The notes beneath the pieces were generated by a model, which made no database searches, was not told the origin of the DNA, and was given only the letters and a program-made list of their open reading frames with translations. This document shows positions 33,633 through 42,967 of a stretch of 64,000 nucleotides of DNA, one piece after another. Location of the stretch: NCBI GenBank assembly GCA_963708135.1, contig OY970192.1:96001-160000 (forward strand), in the 5' to 3' direction. The stretch comes from an uncultured Gemmatimonadales bacterium (GTDB lineage: Bacteria > Gemmatimonadota > Gemmatimonadetes > Longimicrobiales > RSA9). The translations under genes and the position numbers were made by a program. Each line of letters starts with the position of its first letter. The stretch's first letter is position 1.

Positions 33633-35270
33633 ATGGTGAAGGTGACGCGGACGGGCACGGGCAAAGGCACGGGGACACGCACGGGGGCACGCACACGCAC
33701 ACGGGTGCTCGTGGCGCTCGTCGGCTGCTGGATCACGGTCCGGGGGCCGGGGCCGCTCGGGGCCCAGGGGGCGGCGGACGTGCCGGCGGCGGCGGTGCAC
33801 GCGTGGGTAGGCGCGCACGAGCACGCCGTCGTCGATGAGCTCGTCAAGCTGCTGAAGCTCCCGAACGTGGCGGTGGACCAGGCGGACATCCAGCGCAACG
33901 TGACGCTCATCCGACAGATGATGGAGCGGCGGGGGATCCGGACCCGGCTGCTGGAGACGGGGCCGGGGACATCGCCGGTGATCTACGGCGAGCTGCCGTC
34001 GCCGGGGGCGCGCTCGACGCTGCTGATCTACGCGCACTATGACGGGCAGCCGGTGGACAGCGCGAAGTGGGTCGGGAGCGGACCGTTCGACCCGGTGCTC
34101 CGGGCGGGGCCGCTGGACCGCTCGCCGGACATCCTGCCCTGGCCGGCGGCGGGGCAGGCGTACGACCCGGAGTGGCGGGTGTTCGCGCGCTCGGCGTCGG
34201 ACGACAAGGCGCCGATCGTGGCGATGCTCGCGGCACTGGACGCGCTGAAGGCGGCGGGCACGCGGCCGGCGGCGAACCTGAAGTTCGTGTTCGAGGGTGA
34301 GGAGGAGGCGGGCTCGCCGCGGCTCCGGGAGACGCTGGAGAAGAACGCGGCGCTGCTCGCGGCCGACGTCGCCATCGTGGCGGACGGGCCGGTCTACCCG
34401 TCGAACGCGCCCACGCTCTCGTTCGGCGCGCGCGGGATCGTGAGCGTGCAGCTGACCGCGTACGGCCCGGCGCACCCGCTGCACAGCGGACATTACGGCA
34501 ACTGGGCGCCGAACCCGGCGGAGCGGCTGGCGGCGCTGCTGGGCTCGATGCAGGACGCGGACGGGCGGGTCGCGATCCCGGGATGGTACGACGACGTCGT
34601 ACCGCCGGGGCCGGCGGACAACGCGGCGCTGCGGGTGCTCGACGCGATGCCCGAGAACGAGGCGGAGCGCAGGTCGCTGCTGGTGGCGGCCCCCGAGGGC
34701 GGGGGCCGCAGCCGGTGGGCGATGGTGATGCTGCCGTCGCTGAACATCGATGGGTTGGCGAGTGGCTGGGTGGGCGGCGCGGCGCGGACGATCATCCCGG
34801 ACAGCGCCACGGCCAACCTGGACCTGCGGCTGGTGCCGGACGTGCTGCCGGCGGCGCAGGTGAAGCGCCTCGTCGCCTTCATCGAGAAGCGGGGCTGGAC
34901 CGTGACGGGGGACGCACCGGATGCGGCCATGCGCCTCGCCCACGACCGGCTGATCCGGGTCCAGTCGGGCGAGGGGTACCCGGCGGTGCGGACGTCGCTG
35001 GACGATCCGGCGGCGCGGGCGCTCATCGCGGCGCTGCGCACCGTAGCGGGGAAGGATCTGGTGGTGATCCCGACCATGGGCGGCAGCGTGCCGGGCTACG
35101 TCTTCCCGCGCTACACGGGCGCGACGTTCGTGGGCATGCCGATCGTGAACCCGGACAACAACCAGCACTCGCCCAACGAGAACCTGCGGCTGGGCAACCT
35201 GTTCCGCGGCGTCGAGCTGTTCGCCGCGGCCATGCGCATGCAGGTGCCCCGAAAGGCGACGCTGCCGTGA
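33633..35270 (+). CDS. M20/M25/M40 family metallo-hydrolase, secreted
   Basis: YAHYDGQP, RSASDDKA, EGEEEAGS, LHSGHYG and NQHSPNENL motifs. Start uncertain because the N-terminus contains an ACGGGC-type repeat. Confidence 0.88.
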   Translation: MVKVTRTGTGKGTGTRTGARTRTRVLVALVGCWITVRGPGPLGAQGAADVPAAAVHAWVGAHEHAVVDELVKLLKLPNVAVDQADIQRNVTLIRQMMERRGIRTRLLETGPGTSPVIYGELPSPGARSTLLIYAHYDGQPVDSAKWVGSGPFDPVLRAGPLDRSPDILPWPAAGQAYDPEWRVFARSASDDKAPIVAMLAALDALKAAGTRPAANLKFVFEGEEEAGSPRLRETLEKNAALLAADVAIVADGPVYPSNAPTLSFGARGIVSVQLTAYGPAHPLHSGHYGNWAPNPAERLAALLGSMQDADGRVAIPGWYDDVVPPGPADNAALRVLDAMPENEAERRSLLVAAPEGGGRSRWAMVMLPSLNIDGLASGWVGGAARTIIPDSATANLDLRLVPDVLPAAQVKRLVAFIEKRGWTVTGDAPDAAMRLAHDRLIRVQSGEGYPAVRTSLDDPAARALIAALRTVAGKDLVVIPTMGGSVPGYVFPRYTGATFVGMPIVNPDNNQHSPNENLRLGNLFRGVELFAAAMRMQVPRKATLP

Positions 35271-36574
35271 TCAGCTCCCCCCTCGCCCTGGCCGCGGTCA
35301 TCGCGGGCGTAACGTGGCTCGGCTTCTTCCTCGAGCGGAGAGTGCCGGCGCTCTCGCGCGTGGGCGCGTCGCTGCTGATCCTGGCCATGGGCGCCATCAT
35401 CTCCAACGCGGGGCTCGCGCCGGTGAAGTCGCCGGTCTACGACGCCGTGGTCGGGCCGGTCACGTCGCTGGCGATCGTGTGGCTGCTGCTGTCGGTGCAT
35501 CTCGGCGACCTGCGGCGCGCCGGCGGCCGCATGCTCGGCGCGTTCGCGCTCTCGTGCCTGGGCACGCTGGTCGGGGCCGCCGTGGCCACGTTCGTCCTCG
35601 CCACCACCTTCGGTGACGAGACCTGGCGCCTGGCCGGCGCCTTCGTGGGCACCTACACCGGCGGCTCGGTCAACTTCGTGGCGGTGGGCCGCGGCCTCGA
35701 GATCCCGGGGACGCTGTTCGCGGGCGCGAATGCGGCGGACGCTCTGACGACCGGCATCTGGATGGGCGCGTGCCTGCTGCTGCCGATCTGGCTGAGGCGC
35801 TGGTATCCGACGCCGGTGCTGGAGGAGGAGACGCAAGGGCAAGCGCAAGGGCAAGCGCAAACGCAAACGCAAACGCAAACGCAAGCGCAAACGCAAGCGG
35901 GAGACGACCGTGCGCGGGTTGCGGCCGGCGCGGCGGGGGGGGCGGGGCTCGCCGAGATCGGCGGGGGAGCTTCGGCGGCGGTCGTGGCGGAGGCCGCGGC
36001 GGCGGGCGAGGCGGAGGCGGCGCCGGAACGGCATCCGTTCTTCGAGACGGCGCCGGTGTCGGTGCTGTCGCTCTCGTTCCTGCTGGCGCTCGGGCTGGTG
36101 CTGCTGGTGGCCGCGGGATGGCTCGGCGATCGGGTGCCGGCGGTGCCCGCCGTGCTGTGGCTGACCACGCTGGCGCTCATCGTGGGACACATCCCGGGGC
36201 TCACGCGCATGCAGGGCGCCTCGCAGCTCGGCAACCTGGCGCTGAACCTCTTCTTCGTGGTGATCGGCATCTTCTCGCGCGTGGCCGACATCCTGGCCGT
36301 GGGGGTGGCGGTCTTCTTCTTCACCGCCATCACCGTGGCCATCCACGGCCTTATCACGTTCGGCATCGGCAAGCTCGCGAAGCTCGACCTGGGCAGCCTG
36401 TCCGTGGCATCGCAGGCCGCGGTGGGCGGGCCGTCGAGCGCGCTGGCCGTGGCCGTGGCGCGGGACTGGCCGGCGCTCGTGCTGCCCGGGATCATCGTGG
36501 GGCTGCTCGGCTACGCGGTGGGGAACTATCTGGGGTTCGGGGCGGCGTACGCGTTGAGGGGGTTGCTGCACTGA
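35267..36574 (+). CDS. DUF819 family membrane protein
   Basis: Polytopic. GTYTGGSVNF and ASQAAVGGPSSA motifs. GTGA overlap with the M20 gene. Confidence 0.8.
   Translation: MISSPLALAAVIAGVTWLGFFLERRVPALSRVGASLLILAMGAIISNAGLAPVKSPVYDAVVGPVTSLAIVWLLLSVHLGDLRRAGGRMLGAFALSCLGTLVGAAVATFVLATTFGDETWRLAGAFVGTYTGGSVNFVAVGRGLEIPGTLFAGANAADALTTGIWMGACLLLPIWLRRWYPTPVLEEETQGQAQGQAQTQTQTQTQAQTQAGDDRARVAAGAAGGAGLAEIGGGASAAVVAEAAAAGEAEAAPERHPFFETAPVSVLSLSFLLALGLVLLVAAGWLGDRVPAVPAVLWLTTLALIVGHIPGLTRMQGASQLGNLALNLFFVVIGIFSRVADILAVGVAVFFFTAITVAIHGLITFGIGKLAKLDLGSLSVASQAAVGGPSSALAVAVARDWPALVLPGIIVGLLGYAVGNYLGFGAAYALRGLLH
35831..35899 (+). repeat. In-frame NNGCAA hexamer tandem repeat (TQGQAQGQAQTQTQTQTQAQTQA)
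   Basis: About 11 consecutive ACGCAA/GGGCAA/GCGCAA units inside the DUF819 central loop. Confidence 0.9.
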
Positions 36575-36652
36575 ACGGCCGAACGCCGCGCGCGGCGCGT
36601 TCGGGCTCCGCGAGCCGCATACGGATGGTGTCCCGTCCCCGGGCCGCGGCAC

Positions 36653-36668
36653 TGGCACGAAAACCGCA
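36653..36668 (+). promoter_or_regulatory. Putative sigma54 promoter
   Basis: TGGCACG-AAAA-CCGCA with GG-N10-GC spacing, about 95 bp upstream of the ATG at 36764. Confidence 0.5.
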
Positions 36669-36763
36669 CTCGCTGCCGGGCACCCACGCCTCGGGCTGGC
36701 GAGACGGGAGTCGCAGGATGGGGAGGAGCGGCATGGGAGAGTCGAGACGCCGCGGAGGCAGCC

Positions 36764-37330
36764 ATGCTGGCGCAGGTTCTCAGACGCATCGATGAGCCGG
36801 TGGCCGGCCCGGACGGCGCCGACTACGCCGCGGTGGTTTGTGGCGGCCAACGGGCGGATGGACGCTGGGAGGCGTGGCTGGAGTTCGTCCCGCGCGGCGG
36901 CGGGCTGGTGCTCCGCTCGGTGCGCGAGACCACGCAGCCCGATCTGCTGCTGCTTCAGCACTGGGCCGACCTGCTGAGCCGGATCTACGTCCAGGGGGCG
37001 CTGGAACGGACGGTGAATCTGCAGCGCCCCCGGCGCCTCGCGGCCACGGCGCCGCCGCGAACCGGGCACCCCCACTTCGACGGGCCGTGTCCGGACCCGG
37101 TGCTCGGGCAACGTCCCGCCCCGGACGACGCGGCGCTGAATCCCATTCTGCTGTACCGGCAGGGCCTCGACCAGCTGCGCGAGCGGCTGGTGAGGCTCTC
37201 CGTGTACGAGCTGCGCCTGATCGCGCGTGCCTTCCGCTTCGATCGCGAGACCGCGCTGTCCCTGAACGGGCAGTCGGCGGCGGCACTCGTCCGGCTGATC
37301 CTCACCGGCACCGCCAGGCGCATGGAGTAG
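36764..37330 (+). CDS. Hypothetical protein
   Basis: GGAGG RBS. 188 aa with globular-looking N-domain DGRWEAWLEFVP..RETTQPD. Confidence 0.7.
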   Translation: MLAQVLRRIDEPVAGPDGADYAAVVCGGQRADGRWEAWLEFVPRGGGLVLRSVRETTQPDLLLLQHWADLLSRIYVQGALERTVNLQRPRRLAATAPPRTGHPHFDGPCPDPVLGQRPAPDDAALNPILLYRQGLDQLRERLVRLSVYELRLIARAFRFDRETALSLNGQSAAALVRLILTGTARRME

Positions 37331-37434
37331 ACCCGTGCGGCGACGCCGCTGCCCGGGCGCCGTTTGCCCTTCAGGCGGCCGGCGGGGCCGAGGCCGGCGG
37401 TGGCGCCGACCGGGCAGCTCACTATCATTCGACC

Positions 37435-39702
37435 ATGCAACCCATTCAGCCGACGTCACCCCGGGCCGCCCCACGGCTGGCCGCGACGCGACTCGCCGCA
37501 GCGCTCCTCGCCGGTCTCGCGCTCGCCAGCGCACCGCTCCAGGCGCAGAAGAAGCCGGCGCCGCGGCGGGCGCACGCGGCCGCGCCGGCCGACACCGTCC
37601 CGACCGTGATCCCGAAACGCGGGCTGGTCATCACCCGATCGGTCCGCATCGCGCCCGGTACGTTCCGGCTTCCGGTGCCGCCGGACTCGGCGCTGCTCAC
37701 GATCCGGGGCGACGACATCACGGTGGACTTCGCGGGCGCGACGCTGGAGGGGATCCCGCCGGCTACGGACCCGGACCGGGCGGCGGGCATCGCCGTCCGG
37801 ATCGACGGCGGGACGAACGTGCGCGTCGAGCACGCGGTGATCCGCGGCTACGAGGTGGGGATTCTCGCGCGGGGGACGCGCGGGCTGGCGCTCGTCGCCA
37901 ACGACCTGAGCTACAACTGGAAGCCGCGGCTCTTCAGCGGGATCGAGCACGAGAGCCTCGTGGACTGGCTCAGCCACCACCACAACGAGAAGGATGAGTG
38001 GCTGCGCTTCGGGGCGGCGGCATACCTGGAGGACGTGCGCGGGGGCGAGCTCCGCGGCAACCGGATCGAGCAGGGGATGGAGGGGCTCATGCTCACGCGC
38101 TGCGACAGCGTGCGCATCGTGGGCAACACCATCGCGTTCAACTCGGGGGTGGGGATCGGGCTGTATCGCTCGAGCGGGAACGTGATCACCGGCAACCACG
38201 TGGACTTCAACGTGCGCGGCACGAGCCCCGGCTTCTACCTGCGCGGCCAGGACTCGGCGGACCTGCTGCTGTACGAGCAGAGCTCGGGCAACGTCGTCGC
38301 CTTCAACTCGGTGACGCACGGCGGCGACGGGCTCTTCCTGTGGGCGGGGCAGTCCACGATGGACACGGGCGCGGGCGGCGCGAACGATAACCTGTTCTAT
38401 CGCAACGACTTCAGCTATGCGCCGACGAACGCCATGGAGGCGACGTTCGCGCGCAACACGTTCCTGGAGAACCGCGCGGACGGCTCGACCTACGGCCTGT
38501 GGGGCGGCTACAGCTACGGCTCGTGGATCGTGCGCAACCACTTCGGCGGCGACCGCACGGGCGTGGCGATCGAGCACGGGCAGGAGAACGTGATCGCGGG
38601 CAACACGTTCGAGGACGACTCGACCGCGATCAACCTGTGGGCGAACCCCGTCGAGCGGTCCGACTGGGGCTACCCGAAGCACCACGACACGCGGAGCCGC
38701 GACTACCGGATCTACGACGACACGCTGCGGCGGGTGCGCGTCGGCCTCCGTGTCGCGAACACGAACGGCGTGCGCTTCGCGCGCATCGAGGCAGGCGACG
38801 TCGATACGCTCGTCGCCGGCGACACCGCGGGCGTCGCGGCGACGGACAGCGCCGTGGCGCTCCCGGACCTCACGCTGCCGGAGCCGGACTCGGCCGGGCT
38901 GGATCCCGGGAAGGACCCGCTGGCCCGCCTGCCGCGCTCGGCGATCCTCGTGGACGCGTGGGGCCCGTACGACTTCCGCTCCCCCAAGCTCTGGCCGGTG
39001 GGCGGCCCGCACGCGGTGCCGCTGCCGCTCAGGGTGCTGGGTCCGCGCGGCCTCTGGCGGGTGGTGGAGCAGCGGGGCGTGGCGTCGCTCTCCGACACCA
39101 CGGGCACCACCGGCGACACGGTGGTGGTCACGCCCGCCGAGGGGTCCGAGGGCGACTGGGCGCTCACGCTCGAGTACCGGGGCGCCGCGGTGGTCTCGCC
39201 GCGCGGAAGGACGTGGCGGAAGGGCGAGCCGGTGCGCTTCGGCTACCAGGAGTTCGAGCCGGTCCTGCCGTGGGACGTGCGCTTCTTCGCCTGGTCGGAC
39301 CACACCGACCCGCGCACGCACCCGAAGGAGTTCCAGGCGCTCATCGAGGGGAAGCCCGCCGTGGAGGTCAGGGCGCCGCGGCTGGACTACCTCTGGTACC
39401 GGCCGACGGTCGAGGGGGTGCCGCAGTCGAAGTTCGCGGTGCTCGCGCGCAGCACCGTGACGCTCGGCCCCGGCTTCTACACGCTGCGCGCGATCAGCGA
39501 CGACGCCGTGCGCGTCTGGATCGACGGCAAGCTGGCCATCAACGACTGGGCGCCCCACGAGGCGCGGGTCGACCATGCGCCGATCGGCCCCGGCGAGCAC
39601 CGGCTACGCGTGGAGTACTACCAGGTGGAGGGGTGGACGGACCTGGAGGTGGTGGTGGTCCGGGGGGTCGAGCGGTCGAGGGGCTCGCCCGGCCCGCACT
39701 AG
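37435..39702 (+). CDS. Secreted right-handed beta-helix (NosD/pectin-lyase-like) protein with C-terminal PA14-like domain
   Basis: Signal peptide, repeated I/V-x-G-N-x-I/F coils, C-terminal SDDAVRVWIDGKLAINDW..HRLRVEYYQ. Confidence 0.78.
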   Translation: MQPIQPTSPRAAPRLAATRLAAALLAGLALASAPLQAQKKPAPRRAHAAAPADTVPTVIPKRGLVITRSVRIAPGTFRLPVPPDSALLTIRGDDITVDFAGATLEGIPPATDPDRAAGIAVRIDGGTNVRVEHAVIRGYEVGILARGTRGLALVANDLSYNWKPRLFSGIEHESLVDWLSHHHNEKDEWLRFGAAAYLEDVRGGELRGNRIEQGMEGLMLTRCDSVRIVGNTIAFNSGVGIGLYRSSGNVITGNHVDFNVRGTSPGFYLRGQDSADLLLYEQSSGNVVAFNSVTHGGDGLFLWAGQSTMDTGAGGANDNLFYRNDFSYAPTNAMEATFARNTFLENRADGSTYGLWGGYSYGSWIVRNHFGGDRTGVAIEHGQENVIAGNTFEDDSTAINLWANPVERSDWGYPKHHDTRSRDYRIYDDTLRRVRVGLRVANTNGVRFARIEAGDVDTLVAGDTAGVAATDSAVALPDLTLPEPDSAGLDPGKDPLARLPRSAILVDAWGPYDFRSPKLWPVGGPHAVPLPLRVLGPRGLWRVVEQRGVASLSDTTGTTGDTVVVTPAEGSEGDWALTLEYRGAAVVSPRGRTWRKGEPVRFGYQEFEPVLPWDVRFFAWSDHTDPRTHPKEFQALIEGKPAVEVRAPRLDYLWYRPTVEGVPQSKFAVLARSTVTLGPGFYTLRAISDDAVRVWIDGKLAINDWAPHEARVDHAPIGPGEHRLRVEYYQVEGWTDLEVVVVRGVERSRGSPGPH

Positions 39703-39804
39703 CCGCCGCCGAATTCGAGAGTGGGCGAGTGGGCGAGTGGGGGCGCGGCGGCCCTCGCGGCTCGCCGCGGAGCCCCGGGCGCGGAGCGGCTCGCCGCGTG
39801 CGCG

Positions 39805-39898
39805 CTCTCCCTCTCCCTCTCCCTCTGCTCACCCCAATCCCAATCCACACCCTCCCCCTCCCCCTCACCCTCCCTCGCCCACGCCCTTCCCCTCTCCC
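39805..39898 (+). repeat. C-rich degenerate hexamer repeat tract
   Basis: CTCTCC/CTCCCC/CTCACC/CCAATC units. Inverted homolog of 1630-1730. Confidence 0.8.
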
Positions 39899-40644
39899 TT
39901 CGGAGGGCGAGGGCGGATGTAGCGGATGGCCATGATGACCAGCACGACCGAGAAGACGATCCGCAGCGTCGGCGCGGGGAGGCCGAGCGCGGTATGCCCG
40001 CCCAGGAGTGAGCCGAGGACGATCCCGGCCAGGAGTCCGGGCAGGAGGCCGTGGCGGACGCGGCCGGCGCGGTGGTGGATCAGGCTGCCGGTGATGCCAG
40101 CGGGGACCATGGCGGCGAGAGAAGTGCCCTGGGCGATGTGCTGGTCGAGGCCGACGAGGAGGGCGAGGACGGGGACGAGCAGCACGCCGCCGCCGATACC
40201 GAGCAGGCCCGAGAGCGTCCCCACGATGAGGCCGGTCGCGAGCAGCACGGCCAGGGCGAAGGGGGTGGGGAGCGGCGGGATCGCCGGCAGGTACGATTTG
40301 AGGGGGAGCAGCACGGCCGCGAACAGCAGGAAGGTGCCGAACCCCCGCCGGAGCGAGGCCGCGGAGACACGCCCGGCGTAGTCCGCGGCGATCTGCGCGG
40401 CGGCGACGGACCCGACGGAGATCATGAAGGCGGCGCGCCAGTCCACGGCGTCGCCGGTGGCATAGACCCAGCTGCCGACGAGGCCGGTGAAGACGACGGC
40501 CGAGAGGCTGGTGCCGTGGGCCTCGTGCTGACTGACGTGAGCCCAGCCGGTGAGAAGCGGGACCATGATGACGCCGCCGCCGAGCCCGACCAGCCCGCCG
40601 AAGAAGCCCGCGGCGAGCCCGATGAGGAGAGGGAGCAGGATCAT
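39865..40644 (-). CDS. Sulfite exporter TauE/SafE family
   Basis: Duplicated GLVGLGGG / GLLGIGGG and A(H/Q)GTSL motifs, about 8 TM segments. ATGA overlap with the upstream gene. Confidence 0.92.
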   Translation of the reverse strand: MILLPLLIGLAAGFFGGLVGLGGGVIMVPLLTGWAHVSQHEAHGTSLSAVVFTGLVGSWVYATGDAVDWRAAFMISVGSVAAAQIAADYAGRVSAASLRRGFGTFLLFAAVLLPLKSYLPAIPPLPTPFALAVLLATGLIVGTLSGLLGIGGGVLLVPVLALLVGLDQHIAQGTSLAAMVPAGITGSLIHHRAGRVRHGLLPGLLAGIVLGSLLGGHTALGLPAPTLRIVFSVVLVIMAIRYIRPRPPKGEGKGVGEGG

Positions 40645-41261
40645 GCCTGCGGCGCGGCGCCCTTCTCGACCGCGTAGCCGCGGGCGAGCCAGTCGGTCAT
40701 CCCGCCGAGCACGAGGCGGACCTCGCGGCCGTCGCGCTGCAGGAGCGAGGCGAGGGCGGCGCTGCGCACCTCGTCGCCGCAGATGACGGCGAGCGGCCGG
40801 CCCGGCGGTACCGTGGCCGTCTTCCCCCACGCCTCGGTGTAGGGGAGCAGCGCGGCGCCCGGGATGTGGCCGTACCTGTACTCGAAGGGCTCGCGCGCGT
40901 CGACGACCAGCACGTCCGGGAGGTGGCTCTCGAGCTCGTCCACGGAGATCGGCTCGATGGCGGCCGTGGGCAGGCCAGCCGCGGTCCAGGCGGCGAGGCC
41001 GCCCTCGAGTTGGCCGCGCACGTCGTAGCCGGCGTCGGTCAGGATGCGGGCGGCGATTTTCGCGATCGGCTGCGGCTCTGCGTGGATGACGAGCGGCACG
41101 TCCTTCGGCAGCATCATCTCGGTGCGCTCGGCCAGGTCGGCCCGGTTGAACTGGAGGTTCACCGCGCCGGGGATGTGCGCTGCCGCGAAGGGGCGGGGCG
41201 TGCGCAGATCGATGAGCAGCGCGCCGTCCTCCACGGCGGCGTGGACGTCTGCGGGACTCAT
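40641..41261 (-). CDS. Tandem rhodanese-domain sulfurtransferase (inactive first domain, Cys-containing second domain)
   Basis: IDLR..F..AHIPGA / VDAR..EY..GHIPGA and LEGGLAAW / LGGMTDW. Active loop CGDEVRS only in domain 2. Confidence 0.9.
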   Translation of the reverse strand: MSPADVHAAVEDGALLIDLRTPRPFAAAHIPGAVNLQFNRADLAERTEMMLPKDVPLVIHAEPQPIAKIAARILTDAGYDVRGQLEGGLAAWTAAGLPTAAIEPISVDELESHLPDVLVVDAREPFEYRYGHIPGAALLPYTEAWGKTATVPPGRPLAVICGDEVRSAALASLLQRDGREVRLVLGGMTDWLARGYAVEKGAAPQA

Positions 41262-42046
41262 GCGGGCACCTCCTGGCCGGGGGCGGGGAGTCCGAGGTTG
41301 GCGGCCTTGATGCGCTCGAAGTCCTTGGGGAACGGCTTGGCCGACTCCTTCACGAACGCGGCGAAGCTCTCGGCGTCCGGCTGGCGCATGGCCAGGTTGA
41401 AGCGGCGCTCGAAGCCAATGGTGGAGCTGACCTTGCCGCTCATGTTGACGCCGCCGCAGGCGGAGGCGCCGTAGTGGTTCGGGTAGATCTCGACGTGGTC
41501 GGGGAGCGAGAACAGCTTGCCGCGGATGGACTCCCACTGGGTGCGCGCCCGCTCGCCCTGGTCGATCATGTCGATGGCCTGGTCGCCGAGCAGAAGATCG
41601 GGGCGGCCGACGTCGCCGACGAAGAGCGAGTCGCCGGTGAGCACGAGCCACGGCTCGTCGGTGCGGGCGTGGTCGGTCACCAGGAAGGCGGTATGCTCGG
41701 GCGTGTGGCCGGGCGTGTGGACCGCCTTGACCTCGACCTCGCCGATGCGCAGCGCCTGGCCGTCCTCGAGCGGCGTGAACGGATACTTCACGGGCGCCGA
41801 GGCGTGCAGGTAGTGCGGGGCGCCCGCCATCTCGGCGAGCTCGCGCGCGCAGGAGATGAAGTCCGCGTGCACGTGCGTCTCGAGCACGCCGACGATGGCC
41901 AGGTTGAGGTCCGCGGCCTCCAGCACGTAGAACTCGGTGCCGAGGTTGGCGATCGGATCCACGACGAGGCCCTCCTTCGCGCGCATGCAGCCGATGATGT
42001 AGGAGGCCTGCGCCAGCGGCTCGTAGCGGATCTGCTTGAAGATCAC
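41258..42046 (-). CDS. MBL-fold persulfide dioxygenase-like protein (CstB/Blh type)
   Basis: ETHVHADF, TPGHTPEH, TGDSLFVGDVGRPDL and YPNHYGASACG motifs. GTG start overlaps the tusA stop. Confidence 0.88.
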   Translation of the reverse strand: MIFKQIRYEPLAQASYIIGCMRAKEGLVVDPIANLGTEFYVLEAADLNLAIVGVLETHVHADFISCARELAEMAGAPHYLHASAPVKYPFTPLEDGQALRIGEVEVKAVHTPGHTPEHTAFLVTDHARTDEPWLVLTGDSLFVGDVGRPDLLLGDQAIDMIDQGERARTQWESIRGKLFSLPDHVEIYPNHYGASACGGVNMSGKVSSTIGFERRFNLAMRQPDAESFAAFVKESAKPFPKDFERIKAANLGLPAPGQEVPA

Positions 42047-42291
42047 GGCTCCTCCTCGCCGCAGCGGACGTAGAACACGAAGCAGCCGCCCTCCTCGCCG
42101 GAATGAAGCAGCTCGTTGCCGGTGTCCTCCGCCCAGGCGGGGAAATCGGCCACCGAGCCGCGGTCGGTGGCGAGGATCTTCAGCACCTGTCCCGGGGCCA
42201 GGCCCTTGATGGCCTTCGAGGCCTTCACGATGGGCATCGGGCAGAGTAGCCCGCGGGCGTCCAGCACCTGGTCTTCGCGGAAATCGGCCAC
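42043..42291 (-). CDS. tusA: TusA family sulfur carrier
   Basis: LDARGLLCPMP (CPxP), ILATDRGS..DFPAW. Confidence 0.92.
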   Translation of the reverse strand: MADFREDQVLDARGLLCPMPIVKASKAIKGLAPGQVLKILATDRGSVADFPAWAEDTGNELLHSGEEGGCFVFYVRCGEEEP

Positions 42292-42361
42292 GATTCCCTC
42301 CTCGCTCGGGTCCACCGCCGGGCGCGGCCGGACGCCCGGCCGCGCGCGGCACCGGCCGTCT

Positions 42362-42967
42362 CTAGACGAACAGCGTCACGTGCGCGCGCCTTGCCTCCGA
42401 CAGGAAGGCGGCCGCGCCGGCGAACTCGACGCCGGGCAGGAAGTCGCGCTCCGTGAAGCCGAACACCTCCATGGTCATCTGGCAGGCGATGAGGCGGACC
42501 CCGGTTTCGCGCGCGGCGTCGAGCAGCTCGCGGATCGTGGCCACCCCCTTGCCCCTGAACATCGATTTCATCATGGACGTCGCCATGGTCTGCATCCCCG
42601 GCATGGCCGTGAGCAGGTCCGGCATCGGAACGGGCATCGGCATGGCGGGATTGCCCACCGGCGAGACCCGCAGCCGCTTCTCGAAGTCGCGGTGGATGAT
42701 GTTCAGCCCGTAGAAGGTGAAGAACACCGCCGTCTCCATCCCCGCCGCCGCGGCCGCCGTGGCCAGGATCAGCGGCGGGTAGGCGAAGTCGAGGGTGCCC
42801 TTCGAGGCGATGATGCAGGTCTTGCGGGCGGCCGGGTCCTTCCGAAACGCACGCGCCACCTCCTCGCGCACGATGCGCCGCACGTCCTCCTCGGTGAGCG
42901 CGGCCGCCTGGGTGGCGATGCCGCCTCCGGCGACGCCGCCGTTGCCCGGATCCTTGCGCTCAGGCAT
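42362..42967 (-). CDS. DsrE/DsrF/DrsH-like (DsrE2-type) sulfurtransferase
   Basis: SKGTLD, FFTFYGL, IACQMTM, GAAAFL and C-terminal TLFV. Confidence 0.9.
   Translation of the reverse strand: MPERKDPGNGGVAGGGIATQAAALTEEDVRRIVREEVARAFRKDPAARKTCIIASKGTLDFAYPPLILATAAAAAGMETAVFFTFYGLNIIHRDFEKRLRVSPVGNPAMPMPVPMPDLLTAMPGMQTMATSMMKSMFRGKGVATIRELLDAARETGVRLIACQMTMEVFGFTERDFLPGVEFAGAAAFLSEARRAHVTLFV

Noticed and set aside
31527..35270. 1247-aa ORF suggesting a giant fusion to the M20 peptidase
   Set aside because: The N-terminal ~700 aa are an off-frame overlap of the OPT gene. The real CDS starts near 33633.
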